Source: Candidatus Brocadiia bacterium (GTDB lineage Bacteria; Planctomycetota; Brocadiia; SM23-32). Taken from it: a DNA stretch of 64,000 bases. The stretch spans positions 1-64,000 of the forward strand of contig JBKHIT010000010.1 of NCBI GenBank assembly GCA_046538485.1, read 5' to 3'. The notes under the pieces were generated by a model, which saw nothing but the letters and a program-made list of their open reading frames with translations, had not been told where the DNA came from and made no database searches. Position numbers and translations under genes: made by a program. Of the stretch, positions 37,088 to 47,399 are shown piece by piece (the stretch's first letter is position 1; each line of letters opens with the position of its first letter).

Positions 37088-38404
37088 TCAGCTACCGGAC
37101 CCGGCAACAACGTGGATGCATCCCCCCATTGACTTAATAATTCCCGGCAAACCTTCAGGAACTCTCACCCGCATTTGAGCTTTACCGTCGGTGTAAGATT
37201 CATCCAAAACAAGGCCATTCTCGTAGAGAAAAGAAAACAGACGTCCATTCCCCACCGCAAATTCTACATCTATTTCCACCTGTTTTTCGTCCAAAAAACT
37301 CTGCATAGTTTCGGCCAACTCTTCGAGGCCATGGCCGTTTCGCGCACTCATTGGTATGGCAGTTTCGGCTTTTTGTTCCAGTAATGGCAGGCGCATTTCG
37401 TCCTTCAGAATATCTGTTTTATTGAGAATAAGCACACGGGGTTTATTTCCGCATCCAATTTCCTCCAGAACATCATCGACAGCCTCAATTTGGGCCGCAG
37501 CCGTTTCCGCGGCGGCATCACAGACATGAAAAAGAAGATCGGCCTCCCGGGCCTCCTCAAGTGTAGCATGAAATGAAGCAACCAGGTGGTGGGGCAATTT
37601 TCGGATGAAACCAACGGTATCACTCAGCATCACGGACCGGCCGTCCGGCAGGTCCCACTCCCGGGTACGAGTATCCAGAGTTTCAAAAAGCTGATCTTTT
37701 ACCGTCACTCCGGCTTTCGTCAGAAGATTCATTAAGGTCGATTTGCCGGCATTGGTATATCCAACAAGTGCGACGGTAGTGAACATTTTATTTCGGTCTT
37801 CGGCGGCACGCTGGTGGCGATCCTCGATTTTCTCGAGTTTCTCTTTTAGCTCCGATATTCGCTTCTGCACAAGCCTTCTATCAACCTCCAGCTGCTTTTC
37901 GCCCGGCCCTCGCACCCCAATCCCTCCTGCGATTGTCCCACCGGCCATACGGTCAAGGTGAGTCCACATCTTTTTCAGCCGCGGAAAAGCATATTCCAGC
38001 TGGGCAAGTTCGACCTGTAGTTTTGACTGCATAGTGCGTGCATGCTGGGCAAAAATGCCGAGAATCAATTCGCTACGATCCACTACTTTTGTATCCAGCG
38101 AAGACTCCAGATTCTTAACCTGCGACGGTTTTAAATCGTCATCGCAGATCACAATATCAGCATCTTTCGCCTGACACAGAGCAGATACTTCGCGCACTTT
38201 GCCGCTGCCGATATAGTACCGGGAATCGGGATTATTGCGCTGCTGTCTTACTTCCCCTATTACATTCGCCCGCGCAGATCGAGCCAAATCAGCCAGTTCT
38301 TCCAGCGCAGAATTCGCGAGCGTTTCGCGGTCTTTTCGGTAAACCTGCAATAAAATCGCCCGCTCGGCGCGGACGGAAAGTTCCGTTCTCTTTAAGTCTA
38401 CCAT
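37088..38404 (-). CDS. hflX: GTPase HflX
   Basis: RGPGEKQLEVDRR, GYTNAGKST, DTVGFI, NKTD. Confidence 0.97.
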   Translation of the reverse strand: MVDLKRTELSVRAERAILLQVYRKDRETLANSALEELADLARSARANVIGEVRQQRNNPDSRYYIGSGKVREVSALCQAKDADIVICDDDLKPSQVKNLESSLDTKVVDRSELILGIFAQHARTMQSKLQVELAQLEYAFPRLKKMWTHLDRMAGGTIAGGIGVRGPGEKQLEVDRRLVQKRISELKEKLEKIEDRHQRAAEDRNKMFTTVALVGYTNAGKSTLMNLLTKAGVTVKDQLFETLDTRTREWDLPDGRSVMLSDTVGFIRKLPHHLVASFHATLEEAREADLLFHVCDAAAETAAAQIEAVDDVLEEIGCGNKPRVLILNKTDILKDEMRLPLLEQKAETAIPMSARNGHGLEELAETMQSFLDEKQVEIDVEFAVGNGRLFSFLYENGLVLDESYTDGKAQMRVRVPEGLPGIIKSMGGCIHVVAGSGS

Positions 38405-38543
38405 GAGCCTCCTGAATGTTTCGTCTGCTGTTTAGTTCCTCTAATAATATTATAGGGCGAGCGGCTTGAACCTGACAACCTCTGTTTACGACACAATTAA
38501 AAGATATGTCCGGAGGAGGTTTTGCCGCCATTCCCCCTTGAAT

Positions 38544-40751
38544 TCAGTTCTTATCCGGTGAGAGTTTTCGCACTAACTCTGCTGCTTTTTTTGCATGTTC
38601 GCCGTTTAGCTCTGCGTGCCGAGCATAATGTATTGTGGCCCGTTCTTTCTGTTGCAATTCTCTGTGCAGAATCTCTGCAAGTCTCCACTCGAGCCAAGCG
38701 TCCCATCGGTCAAGCTCCACTGCTTTCAACCAGTATTTCACGCACTCTTCTGGCCTTTCCATTTCCAGGGCGATCTCCCCGGCCAATTTGAGTGCTGGTG
38801 GGCTGTGCGGCCTTTTCTGCAAAACTTTCTGTGCAAGGCCGAGGGCTCCCTCAAACTTTTTCTGTCCCAGTGCCAATTCGGATGCCACAATATATACCAG
38901 GGACGACCCGGGGAAGGTTTCAAGGGCCTTCTTTATCGTTATTTCAGCATTGTCCCAGGCTTCCGAAACAATGAAACTTCTCGCCAGAGCCGCGTACGCT
39001 TCAGGGCTTTCCTGGGCAATAACGGCAACCTGAGCATTGTGAACTGACTTTTTGTGTTCTCCGGTAAGGCGATAAAAATTCGCCAGCGCGATCCTGACAG
39101 GAACTTCCTTATCGGCCTGCTCAAGGGCTTTTTTCAGCACGCTTTCTGCCTCCTCAAATAACCCCTGTCCGATCATCGCTTCAGCCAGCGCAAGGCGGGC
39201 CGGCTCATAACCCGGATGTGTCTTCAGGGTTTTCCTCAAACCGGATGCAGCTCTCTTAAATTCCCGTTTCCGCATCAATATCTGTGCGTACCCCACGGCG
39301 GCACGCGCGAAACCATCCCCAATTTTCTCCGCACGTCGATACGCTTTCAGTGCCTTCTCAGTTTCCCACATGGAAGCTGCCATTTCGGCATAAGTCATAC
39401 GCAGTTCCGGCAAATCAGGCCGCGTCTGAGTGGCTTTTTGCAGAACACTCACAGCTTCCTCATAACGTCCCGCCTCTTTCAACGTGGCTGACAAATGGCG
39501 GGCCAGCGCTGCGTCACCAGGGTTGTCTCTAAACGCTTTTCTAAAAACCTCCAGAGCCTCTTTTGTACGATCGGACGCATCGAGAGCCATTGCATATTCA
39601 ATCAGAACTTTCTTCCCTTTTGCGCCGAACCTCAGTGCGCGTTCGTAATATCCAATAGCATCTTTCAACTCGGCTCTGTTCCAATAGTCGCGGGCAACTT
39701 TCTCCAGAACGAAAGGGCTTTTCGGCAAGGTCTCAACGGCTTTCTGCAGCGCCTGACGGCTCGCTTTGGCATTCTTCTGCTCCAGCGCAACGAGATACCG
39801 GGCAATCCAATAGTATCCTTCTCTTGCCACGTCGGATAGGCGTGCCTGTTCGACAAACAGCAGAGCATCTTTTGGAGATCCCTCGCTTAGTATCAACCAC
39901 GATTTTAATGCGTAAAGCGGGCCGCTGTCAGGCTGCAGTTGCAGAACTCTTTCCAAACGTTGTCGGGCTTCTTTTCCGTTTCCCGCCAGCTGCGAAGCGA
40001 CCACCCATTTGAGAAAAAACATATCCGGCTTTTCACTCAAGAACTTGTCGTAGCGCGCGGCAGCCGCTTTCCACAGCTGCAGTCGGAATAAAACACGTGC
40101 TTCGGCCAATTCCCACTTCTTCTCACCTTCGGATAACCCACATTCAGGAAATAACTTGCGCAGTAATTCCAGCCATCGTTGATCTGCCGAAGATATCTCC
40201 AGGGGTTTTGCCGTATCGAGAAAAGAAAGTGCATCCGGCAGTAAAAACGGTTCCTCAACAAAACGCACGATTCTCCTGTCGGGGAGCCGGCAAACCGTTG
40301 CTTTGAGCCGCGATGGCGCATCTTTCACCGACTCGACCCACAACACAACGGCTTCGTGCAAACCCCTCGCTTTCAAAGCTTCAGCGCCGATAACAGGACA
40401 TTTTCCGGTTGATCCTTCCCGCTCTACGTTTCGCGCCAGCGGCCCCACACTCTGGTTATTTCTTTCCTGAAGCCAGAAACGCAACATCCCTCCGCTGTAG
40501 CGCTCAATTGTCGATGCATCATCCGGAACAATAACAGCGATGTTGCTCCGCCTGTCGAGCGGAGACACCTTCTCGGACATAGCCTGGATGACAGTCCGCA
40601 ACGGGGAAGGCGTTTGGTCATCCTCAGCACCGTGCAGAGCGACAACTCCCGAAAGCCACCCCACCAGAAAAATGGCTGCATAAAGGGACAAACAACCCCT
40701 CACAAAGCCCAGGAAGGGTAAAAATCCGGGATTCCTCTCTTTTATTCCCAT
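38544..40751 (-). CDS. Tetratricopeptide repeat protein
   Basis: Many TPR-like helical repeats (A...Y.RAL...P); N-terminal hydrophobic segment; start uncertain. Confidence 0.8.
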   Translation of the reverse strand: MGIKERNPGFLPFLGFVRGCLSLYAAIFLVGWLSGVVALHGAEDDQTPSPLRTVIQAMSEKVSPLDRRSNIAVIVPDDASTIERYSGGMLRFWLQERNNQSVGPLARNVEREGSTGKCPVIGAEALKARGLHEAVVLWVESVKDAPSRLKATVCRLPDRRIVRFVEEPFLLPDALSFLDTAKPLEISSADQRWLELLRKLFPECGLSEGEKKWELAEARVLFRLQLWKAAAARYDKFLSEKPDMFFLKWVVASQLAGNGKEARQRLERVLQLQPDSGPLYALKSWLILSEGSPKDALLFVEQARLSDVAREGYYWIARYLVALEQKNAKASRQALQKAVETLPKSPFVLEKVARDYWNRAELKDAIGYYERALRFGAKGKKVLIEYAMALDASDRTKEALEVFRKAFRDNPGDAALARHLSATLKEAGRYEEAVSVLQKATQTRPDLPELRMTYAEMAASMWETEKALKAYRRAEKIGDGFARAAVGYAQILMRKREFKRAASGLRKTLKTHPGYEPARLALAEAMIGQGLFEEAESVLKKALEQADKEVPVRIALANFYRLTGEHKKSVHNAQVAVIAQESPEAYAALARSFIVSEAWDNAEITIKKALETFPGSSLVYIVASELALGQKKFEGALGLAQKVLQKRPHSPPALKLAGEIALEMERPEECVKYWLKAVELDRWDAWLEWRLAEILHRELQQKERATIHYARHAELNGEHAKKAAELVRKLSPDKN

Positions 40752-40818
40752 TTTGACACCTCGAAGTTTCCTCATGTACAATTGTTGTGCTGAAAACAGA
40801 ATATTGCAAAGGAAAAAC

Positions 40819-42582
40819 ATGCCTTCCGAGAAGATGGAGATAGTTCTCGCGGAGAACGCGGGGTTTTGTATGGGCGTCCGTCGGGCCTTGAATCTCACGC
40901 TCGAAGCCGCGAATGATCCGCAGAATCCCCGTCCGATCGCCACCCACGGTCCTCTCATCCACAATCGTCAGGTGCTCAAAGTCCTTGAAGAAAAAGGAGT
41001 AAAAATACTCGATGGCAAAGCTCAAAAAGCGGGGACAGTCGTGATTCGAGCCCACGGGATCTCCCCTGGCGAAAAAGAAAAACTAAAAGAACGCGCCGAA
41101 AAAGTTATTGATGCTACTTGCCCTCGCGTGCGCAATGTTCAGAAAATCGCCGCGAAATACAGTGATCAGGGCTATCAATGCGTTATTGTGGGTGACCGTG
41201 GTCACGCGGAAGTTGAAGGTGTGCTGAGCTACACCGGGGACAGCGGATTTGTCGTAAGCGACCCCAACCAGGTGGAAAATTTGCCCGAATTGGAACGCGT
41301 GGTTGTTGTTGCGCAAACGACCCAGGATGAACAGCTGTTTGAGCGCACCGTCGAACGCATGAACGCTCGTTACGATGATTGCCTCGTTTTTAACACGATC
41401 TGTCGGGCCACTCACAGACGACAGTCGGAAGCGAAAGAACTGGCTGGTCTCGTCGATTCCATGATCGTTGTTGGAGGTTACAACAGCGCCAATACCTGCC
41501 GGCTCGCCCAGATATGCGCCGCCACCGGAGCCACAACGTACCATGTGGAAACAGATGAAGAACTGCCGATTGAAAAGCTCCTCTTCTGCCAGCGGATCGG
41601 TATAACGGCGGGCGCATCGACACCAAACTGGATGATCCGACGCGTAATTCAACGTATAAAAACGGCCGATGAGCGGCGGCGTCGATCGTTTCGCTATCTG
41701 CTCCGTGAGATTTTGGCCATTCCGGTTTGGACAAATCTTCTGGTTGGGGGCGGTGCCTCGGCCGTAACCTTCATGAATGCAAGACTGATGAAGCTTCCAA
41801 AACAGAGTACCGGCGTGTGTATGGCGCTCGCATTTTTCTTCGTACTCTCTCAGCACCTTTTCAACCAGTACGCCCGCGGAGACACCGTGCATCGTTATCT
41901 AAGCGAACCCGGACGGGGCCTGTTTTTCCGGGCCAACTCCCGGACATTGGTTGCCTTCGGCGCGGCCTCTGGCGCGCTTGCCCTTTTTCTATCCATCCTG
42001 CTCGGATGGGCCGCCTTCGCCGTTGTCCTTCTCGGGACAGCAGGAGGGCTGCTTTATTGTCTTCCGGCGGGATCACGTCCGTACGCCTTTCTTGGGCTCC
42101 GTGCACTGCAACGCTTCCCCGGATCAAAAGAAGTATTCGTAGGACTGGCGTGGGCTTTCACAACCGCTCTCGTTCCCGTCCTTGCCGTGAGAGCCATGCC
42201 TCTGGGATGGCCCGGACTTGCCGTCGCGGGTGTTTTCACGTTCACACTGGCATTCCAAAGAGCATTACTTACAGATCTTCGCGACGTGGAAGGAGACCAG
42301 CTCGTCGGTCGAGAAACACTCGGCGTGGTTTTGGGGGAACGCTCCTGCCGGATATTACTTTCCGCAATTCCCCCTTTTCAAGCACTCCTGCTGTTTGCTG
42401 CAGGCATTCTCAACTGGACACCACCGGTCGCTTATGTTATGCTTTTCGTGGCGGCCTACGGGGGCCTCAGTTTCCAGCTCTTCCGCAGGGGTAAGCTGCC
42501 CCGCGCTGAACTGGGCGAGGCACTCATTGACACAAAGTTCTACCTTTGCGGGCTTCTCGCTTTCCTCCATCCCGTCTGGTAA
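40819..42582 (+). CDS. ispH: 4-hydroxy-3-methylbut-2-enyl diphosphate reductase fused to a UbiA-like membrane domain
   Basis: GFCMGV, HN, DATCP, HAEV, TIC.AT..RQ, SANT, TAGASTP; C-terminal TM domain with DLRDVEGD..GRET. Confidence 0.93.
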   Translation: MPSEKMEIVLAENAGFCMGVRRALNLTLEAANDPQNPRPIATHGPLIHNRQVLKVLEEKGVKILDGKAQKAGTVVIRAHGISPGEKEKLKERAEKVIDATCPRVRNVQKIAAKYSDQGYQCVIVGDRGHAEVEGVLSYTGDSGFVVSDPNQVENLPELERVVVVAQTTQDEQLFERTVERMNARYDDCLVFNTICRATHRRQSEAKELAGLVDSMIVVGGYNSANTCRLAQICAATGATTYHVETDEELPIEKLLFCQRIGITAGASTPNWMIRRVIQRIKTADERRRRSFRYLLREILAIPVWTNLLVGGGASAVTFMNARLMKLPKQSTGVCMALAFFFVLSQHLFNQYARGDTVHRYLSEPGRGLFFRANSRTLVAFGAASGALALFLSILLGWAAFAVVLLGTAGGLLYCLPAGSRPYAFLGLRALQRFPGSKEVFVGLAWAFTTALVPVLAVRAMPLGWPGLAVAGVFTFTLAFQRALLTDLRDVEGDQLVGRETLGVVLGERSCRILLSAIPPFQALLLFAAGILNWTPPVAYVMLFVAAYGGLSFQLFRRGKLPRAELGEALIDTKFYLCGLLAFLHPVW

Positions 42583-42636
42583 GTTCGCTTGAACAACAGG
42601 CGGTAAAACATCTTTTTTGGAAAGGTTATTCGGCCC

Positions 42637-43092
42637 ATGAAAATCGCTATTGGAGCCGATCACCGAGGCGTAAAATACAAAAACATGGTCAAAAAGATCC
42701 TGCAACAGCAAGGACACCACGTAAATGATTTCGGTACGGATTCTGAAGTTTCAACTGATTATCCCGACCATGCGTGTCCGGTCGCCTGTGCAGTAGCCGA
42801 GGGGGAAGTCGACCGAGGTGTGTTGATATGCGCCAGCGGAATCGGCATGTCGATCGCAGCCAACCGTTTTAAAGGTGTTCGTGGCACGCTCTGCCTGTCA
42901 GAAAAAATGGCTGAGACCGCGCGAACTCACAACAACTCCAATTTGCTCTGCCTTGCGCAAGATCTCATCGACGAAAGGACGGTCCGCAAAATTGTCGATA
43001 CATGGCTGACCACTGATTTTGAAGGCGGACGCCACGAGCGACGCCTCATTAAAGTCGATGAGCTTTGCGGGGAAGTGATCCGAAAGGACTGA
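42637..43092 (+). CDS. rpiB: Ribose-5-phosphate isomerase B
   Basis: DHRG, DYPD, CASGIG, HNNSN, GGRHERR. Confidence 0.96.
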   Translation: MKIAIGADHRGVKYKNMVKKILQQQGHHVNDFGTDSEVSTDYPDHACPVACAVAEGEVDRGVLICASGIGMSIAANRFKGVRGTLCLSEKMAETARTHNNSNLLCLAQDLIDERTVRKIVDTWLTTDFEGGRHERRLIKVDELCGEVIRKD

Positions 43093-43128
43093 CCTCCCGC
43101 CGGCGTCTGCGAACAATAAAAACCTAAA

Positions 43129-44127
43129 ATGGAAAACCTAAACCAGCAGGAACAACTCACTGATACCGAATTGGCCGAGAAAGTAGTGAATGAGCTTGAA
43201 CAAGTGAGAACCCAGATCGGGAAGGTGATCGTTGGACAGGAAAGCGTGATCGAGCTCCTGATGATCTCGCTCCTCTGCCGGGGGCACTCCCTTTTCGTAG
43301 GGGTACCTGGTCTTGCGAAAACGCTGCTCGTCAGTACTCTTTCACAGGTGCTGGATCTGAGTTTCAGCCGTATTCAATTTACTCCGGACCTCATGCCAGC
43401 CGATATCACCGGAACCGACGTGCTGGAACGCGATCCGGCCACAGGTGACAGATTTTTCAAATTTATCAAAGGACCGATCTTTGCCAATATTATCCTGGCC
43501 GACGAGATCAACCGTACCCCACCTAAAACCCAGGCGGCGTTGCTGGAATCAATGCAGGAATACAAGGTAACAGCGGGCGGGGAAACTTATGAGCTGGAGC
43601 CCCCTTTTCATGTTTTCGCCACCCAAAATCCGATCGAACAAGAGGGAACTTATCCCCTTCCTGAAGCTCAGCTCGACCGTTTTATGTTCCAGATAGATGT
43701 CGATTACCCGAGCGAAGAGGAAGAGATCCAAATCGTCAAGACAACAACTGTCTCCCGCATTCCCGACCTCGACCCCGTTATCGAACCGGAGACAATACTT
43801 CAGATACAGGATCTGGTTGAAAAGGTCCCCGCCAGTGACAGCGTTGTTCGCCATGCCGTTCAGATCGTCAAAAATTCTCGTCCCCAATCCAGCGATCCCA
43901 CCGAAAAAGTGCACCAGATGGTCAACTGGGGCGCCGGTCCCCGGGCCTCCCAATATCTCATCCTGGGGGCCAAAGCGCGCGCACTAATTCACGGACGTTA
44001 CGCGGCCAGCAAAGAAGATGTAAATGCCCTTGCCGTTCCGGTCCTTAAACACCGTATTATCACAAATTTCAGGGCCGAAGCAGAAGGTATTGGGGCCGCC
44101 GATATCATCAACGAACTTGCCCGTTGA
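43129..44127 (+). CDS. MoxR family AAA+ ATPase
   Basis: GVPGLAKT, RIQFTPDLMPAD, DEINR, ATQNPIEQEGTYPLPEAQLDRF. Confidence 0.96.
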   Translation: MENLNQQEQLTDTELAEKVVNELEQVRTQIGKVIVGQESVIELLMISLLCRGHSLFVGVPGLAKTLLVSTLSQVLDLSFSRIQFTPDLMPADITGTDVLERDPATGDRFFKFIKGPIFANIILADEINRTPPKTQAALLESMQEYKVTAGGETYELEPPFHVFATQNPIEQEGTYPLPEAQLDRFMFQIDVDYPSEEEEIQIVKTTTVSRIPDLDPVIEPETILQIQDLVEKVPASDSVVRHAVQIVKNSRPQSSDPTEKVHQMVNWGAGPRASQYLILGAKARALIHGRYAASKEDVNALAVPVLKHRIITNFRAEAEGIGAADIINELAR

Positions 44128-44388
44128 GCCGGGGCCTTGGCATTCCGCATTTCAACTCAATGGATAAGGTCGGCCGGCACAGTCTATAGCCCGGATTTTA
44201 CGGATAATTGGAAGGCATTCTTGCCCAATCAGGGTAGAATCTTTATTGAACACCGTTCATAACCCTTCTCAGCCAAAAATCCGGGCCAGCATAAAACCCT
44301 CAGGCAGTTTTTGAAACGAGATAACTCCGACGCAAAAATCGCCCTGCCCAGGAGCTTATTGTCGACCTTACCTCAAGCGTCCAAAAGA

Positions 44389-45864
44389 TCATCGGCCTCG
44401 AATGTAAAGAAACTTAGCATGGCCGGTTCTTTGAGAAAGCACGCGCAACAATGCGCCTTTTTGGGGAGTGGTCTTGGCCACGAGTTTCTGAAACTCCGCC
44501 ACGCTTCGCACGGGTTTTCTCTGGATGCTCAGGATAACATCGCCGGCTTCGAGCGCGCGGGCAGGCCCGGCCTCCTCGACTTCAGCAATCACCACTCCGT
44601 GCAGATCCTCACGGCCGTAGGCTTCCTTAACCTCTTCAGTAACGGGCTTAACCTTAATGCCAAGCCAGTTATCCTGCGCTGTCTCCTCATACCGGGATAA
44701 CCTGGCAACTTCAATAGTAATGGTCTTGTGTTCCCCTTCTCGCCATACTTTGACCTTAACCTTCTGACCCGGTTCGGTGGCTGCCACAAAGCGACGTAAG
44801 TGGCTGAAATCCTTAACGGTTTCCCCATTCCACCCCACAATAATATCCCCCGCTTTCAGGCCAGCCTTCTGAGCCGGCGTATCGTCGAACACCTCGTTAA
44901 CAAGCGCTCCAGTATTGCCTTTATAGTCAAACTGTTCGGCCAATTCCGGCGTGAGGGAATCCCCGATGATGCCCAGGAAACCTCGCTCGACTTTTCGCCC
45001 CGCCATAAGGTCCTTGAGAATCGACTTGGCCATATTGACAGGGATTGCAAGCCCTATTCCCATATAGCCGCCGGTGCGGCTGACAATCGCCGTGTTAATG
45101 CCAACGATTTCCCCCTGCAGATTCACCAACGGTCCTCCGCTGTTACCGGGATTGATTGCCGCATCGGTCTGGATCATATTCTCGTATTTAGCAATCCCGA
45201 TGCCGCGCCCCTTTGCGCTCACAATGCCGGCACTGACGCTGTGGCTGAGGCCGAGGGGATTCCCGATCGCAATCACCCATTCGCCAACATGGAGCTTTTC
45301 GGAATCGCCCAGTTCGGCGACGGGAAGATTTTTGACTTTATCGCCCTGCAGTTTAATTACAGCCAGTTCGGTATCTGGATCCGCACCAGCCAACTTGGCT
45401 TTGAAGGTTCGCCCATCGGCCAGTTTAACTTCCAATTTGTCGGCGCCTTCCACCACATGGTTATTGGTAAGAATGTAACCTTCCGAATCAAAAATAACCC
45501 CCGAACCGAGTCCGCGTTTGCGGTATTCACGTTCCTGTGGTCCAAAAAAATCACGGAATTCGGGGCCGAAAAAACGACGGAACATAGGATCGTCCTGCCC
45601 GAAACCGGGCGTGCGATATTTAATAATTTTTTCAGCCTGAATCCAGACAACTGACGGCTGGACTTTCCGGGCTGTATAGCGGAACAACTGACTGAATTTT
45701 CGGGCGAATTCCCGTAACTCTTTAACCTCTTTTTCCGGGAGGACATCTTCCTGTTGAGCCGGAGCAGAACTGGCAGATTGTGGTGTCCGAAAAATGCCTC
45801 CGAGAGCCAAACCAAATGCAAGCACGATACTGATCAAAATCGCCACACCAAGATTCCTTCTCAT
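44389..45864 (-). CDS. degP: DegP/HtrA (Do) serine protease with two PDZ domains
   Basis: [17 protein letters not shown], two PDZ domains. Confidence 0.93.
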   Translation of the reverse strand: MRRNLGVAILISIVLAFGLALGGIFRTPQSASSAPAQQEDVLPEKEVKELREFARKFSQLFRYTARKVQPSVVWIQAEKIIKYRTPGFGQDDPMFRRFFGPEFRDFFGPQEREYRKRGLGSGVIFDSEGYILTNNHVVEGADKLEVKLADGRTFKAKLAGADPDTELAVIKLQGDKVKNLPVAELGDSEKLHVGEWVIAIGNPLGLSHSVSAGIVSAKGRGIGIAKYENMIQTDAAINPGNSGGPLVNLQGEIVGINTAIVSRTGGYMGIGLAIPVNMAKSILKDLMAGRKVERGFLGIIGDSLTPELAEQFDYKGNTGALVNEVFDDTPAQKAGLKAGDIIVGWNGETVKDFSHLRRFVAATEPGQKVKVKVWREGEHKTITIEVARLSRYEETAQDNWLGIKVKPVTEEVKEAYGREDLHGVVIAEVEEAGPARALEAGDVILSIQRKPVRSVAEFQKLVAKTTPQKGALLRVLSQRTGHAKFLYIRGR

Positions 45865-46042
45865 CGCAAGTCTCCCTCACAAAAACGAACATTTTGATGG
45901 GTTATCGTCGATTCATGTCAAAAGCTTGAATAGTTCCTTCGCAAGGAAAGAGATCTCATATTTTAACCCATGAACCACCGGCCTGTAAAGCCGACTTAAG
46001 CCGCCAGCCGCCGGAATTTATCAGGATTTCTCTCTTTACTCG

Positions 46043-47083
46043 TTATTCCTGGCCTTCCTCGCCGGTGCCCTCGTCCAAAACTTCGTCGCTTTTCTCCGCC
46101 GCGTTTGATGATGCTTCTTGCTGTTTTTCTGAAACGGGATCTTCATTTTCGCCCGGCTCCTGCTGATCCCCTTCCATAGTTTCTTTGGCGCCTTCAGGCT
46201 TTTCGCCAATGGTCGACGTCCGACTTCTCCGACGATGAACCTTCCTTGGTGGTCGGTTCAGAATTTTATTCATAACAATCAAGACGACGACAACAATAAC
46301 CCCAAAAGCAATATAGGTAAGCCAGGGCGGGAATTTCTCCGCCAGCTTGGTAGTCGCCGGAACATGGTGTTTATACCGAACGCCACCGGTGATTGTTCGA
46401 GCCACGATAAGCGGATCGATTTGCCTCTTCCCCCCAACGCTTTTATAGCGGGTCAATTTGTAAAAGACACCGGTCAAGACAGCCTCCTGGCGGTCCGCAA
46501 GCTTCTCGGGTTTTCCCAAACAAATAAAAGTATATGAACGGTTGAATCTATCGTGTATCTGTCCTTCCCAGAGAAAATCAATACCCAGCTTTGAAAATTC
46601 GCCACTTTCATTTTTTTCCACCCGTCGGAGCGTGCCGCGCACCTCACAGACCCGCCCTCTGATCTGTTCTCGTCGTTTCTCCGTGGCAAAATCTTCGAAT
46701 TCGATGCTTCGATCGACCATCGCTTCCAGCTCTTCCTGAGTTTTCTCCTGCAGAACCTTCAGAACCTGAGCCATAATCCCTTGATCGACCCCCGTAGCCC
46801 CATCGATAGGTGGGGCTCCGTGGCGGTCCGGGTAAAGGACTATCGGTGAAATAAGCTGTGAGGGATGATCCTCGGCCTCAAACGCCATTGGCTGGGAAAG
46901 TTCATTGGCAGGAACATTCTGAGGGACAGAAATAGAAGTGACACGCCCCCCCCCGAGGACAAACTTATAGATAAAAACCGCCAGCAAAATAAGACCGGCA
47001 GCCACAATAATAATCATAATGTGACGGACTTTACGATTGAAACTGCGATTTTCATTTTCCAGCTTCTGCCGCAACTTATCCAT
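46043..47083 (-). CDS. Hypothetical protein with two TM helices and an acidic tail
   Basis: Long ORF with GGAGG RBS, divergent from the TPR gene. Confidence 0.75.
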   Translation of the reverse strand: MDKLRQKLENENRSFNRKVRHIMIIIVAAGLILLAVFIYKFVLGGGRVTSISVPQNVPANELSQPMAFEAEDHPSQLISPIVLYPDRHGAPPIDGATGVDQGIMAQVLKVLQEKTQEELEAMVDRSIEFEDFATEKRREQIRGRVCEVRGTLRRVEKNESGEFSKLGIDFLWEGQIHDRFNRSYTFICLGKPEKLADRQEAVLTGVFYKLTRYKSVGGKRQIDPLIVARTITGGVRYKHHVPATTKLAEKFPPWLTYIAFGVIVVVVLIVMNKILNRPPRKVHRRRSRTSTIGEKPEGAKETMEGDQQEPGENEDPVSEKQQEASSNAAEKSDEVLDEGTGEEGQE

Positions 47084-47399
47084 TCGAATATCCTCCAAAT
47101 AATCCCCGCTTCAATCGCGGGACTCGGGTCTCCACAGTTTCACTATACCGGATCGCGCCACAAAGGCCAAAGGGCGGAAACATACAAACTGTTTCAAAAT
47201 CCTCTTCGCGTGGGCCCCGTCCCCAACAACAACCCAAGAGGGCCAAGAACCTTGAAAGGCTTAAAAATACAAGTATAATAAAGGCGAAGATACGATTGTC
47301 TTTTTCTACGTGAGTATTGAAATACTGACTCGCGATCTTCTCTGGAAACCAATCTCTGAAAATATGCAGCCAAAAAAATAAGATTCAGGAGGGATTCAA

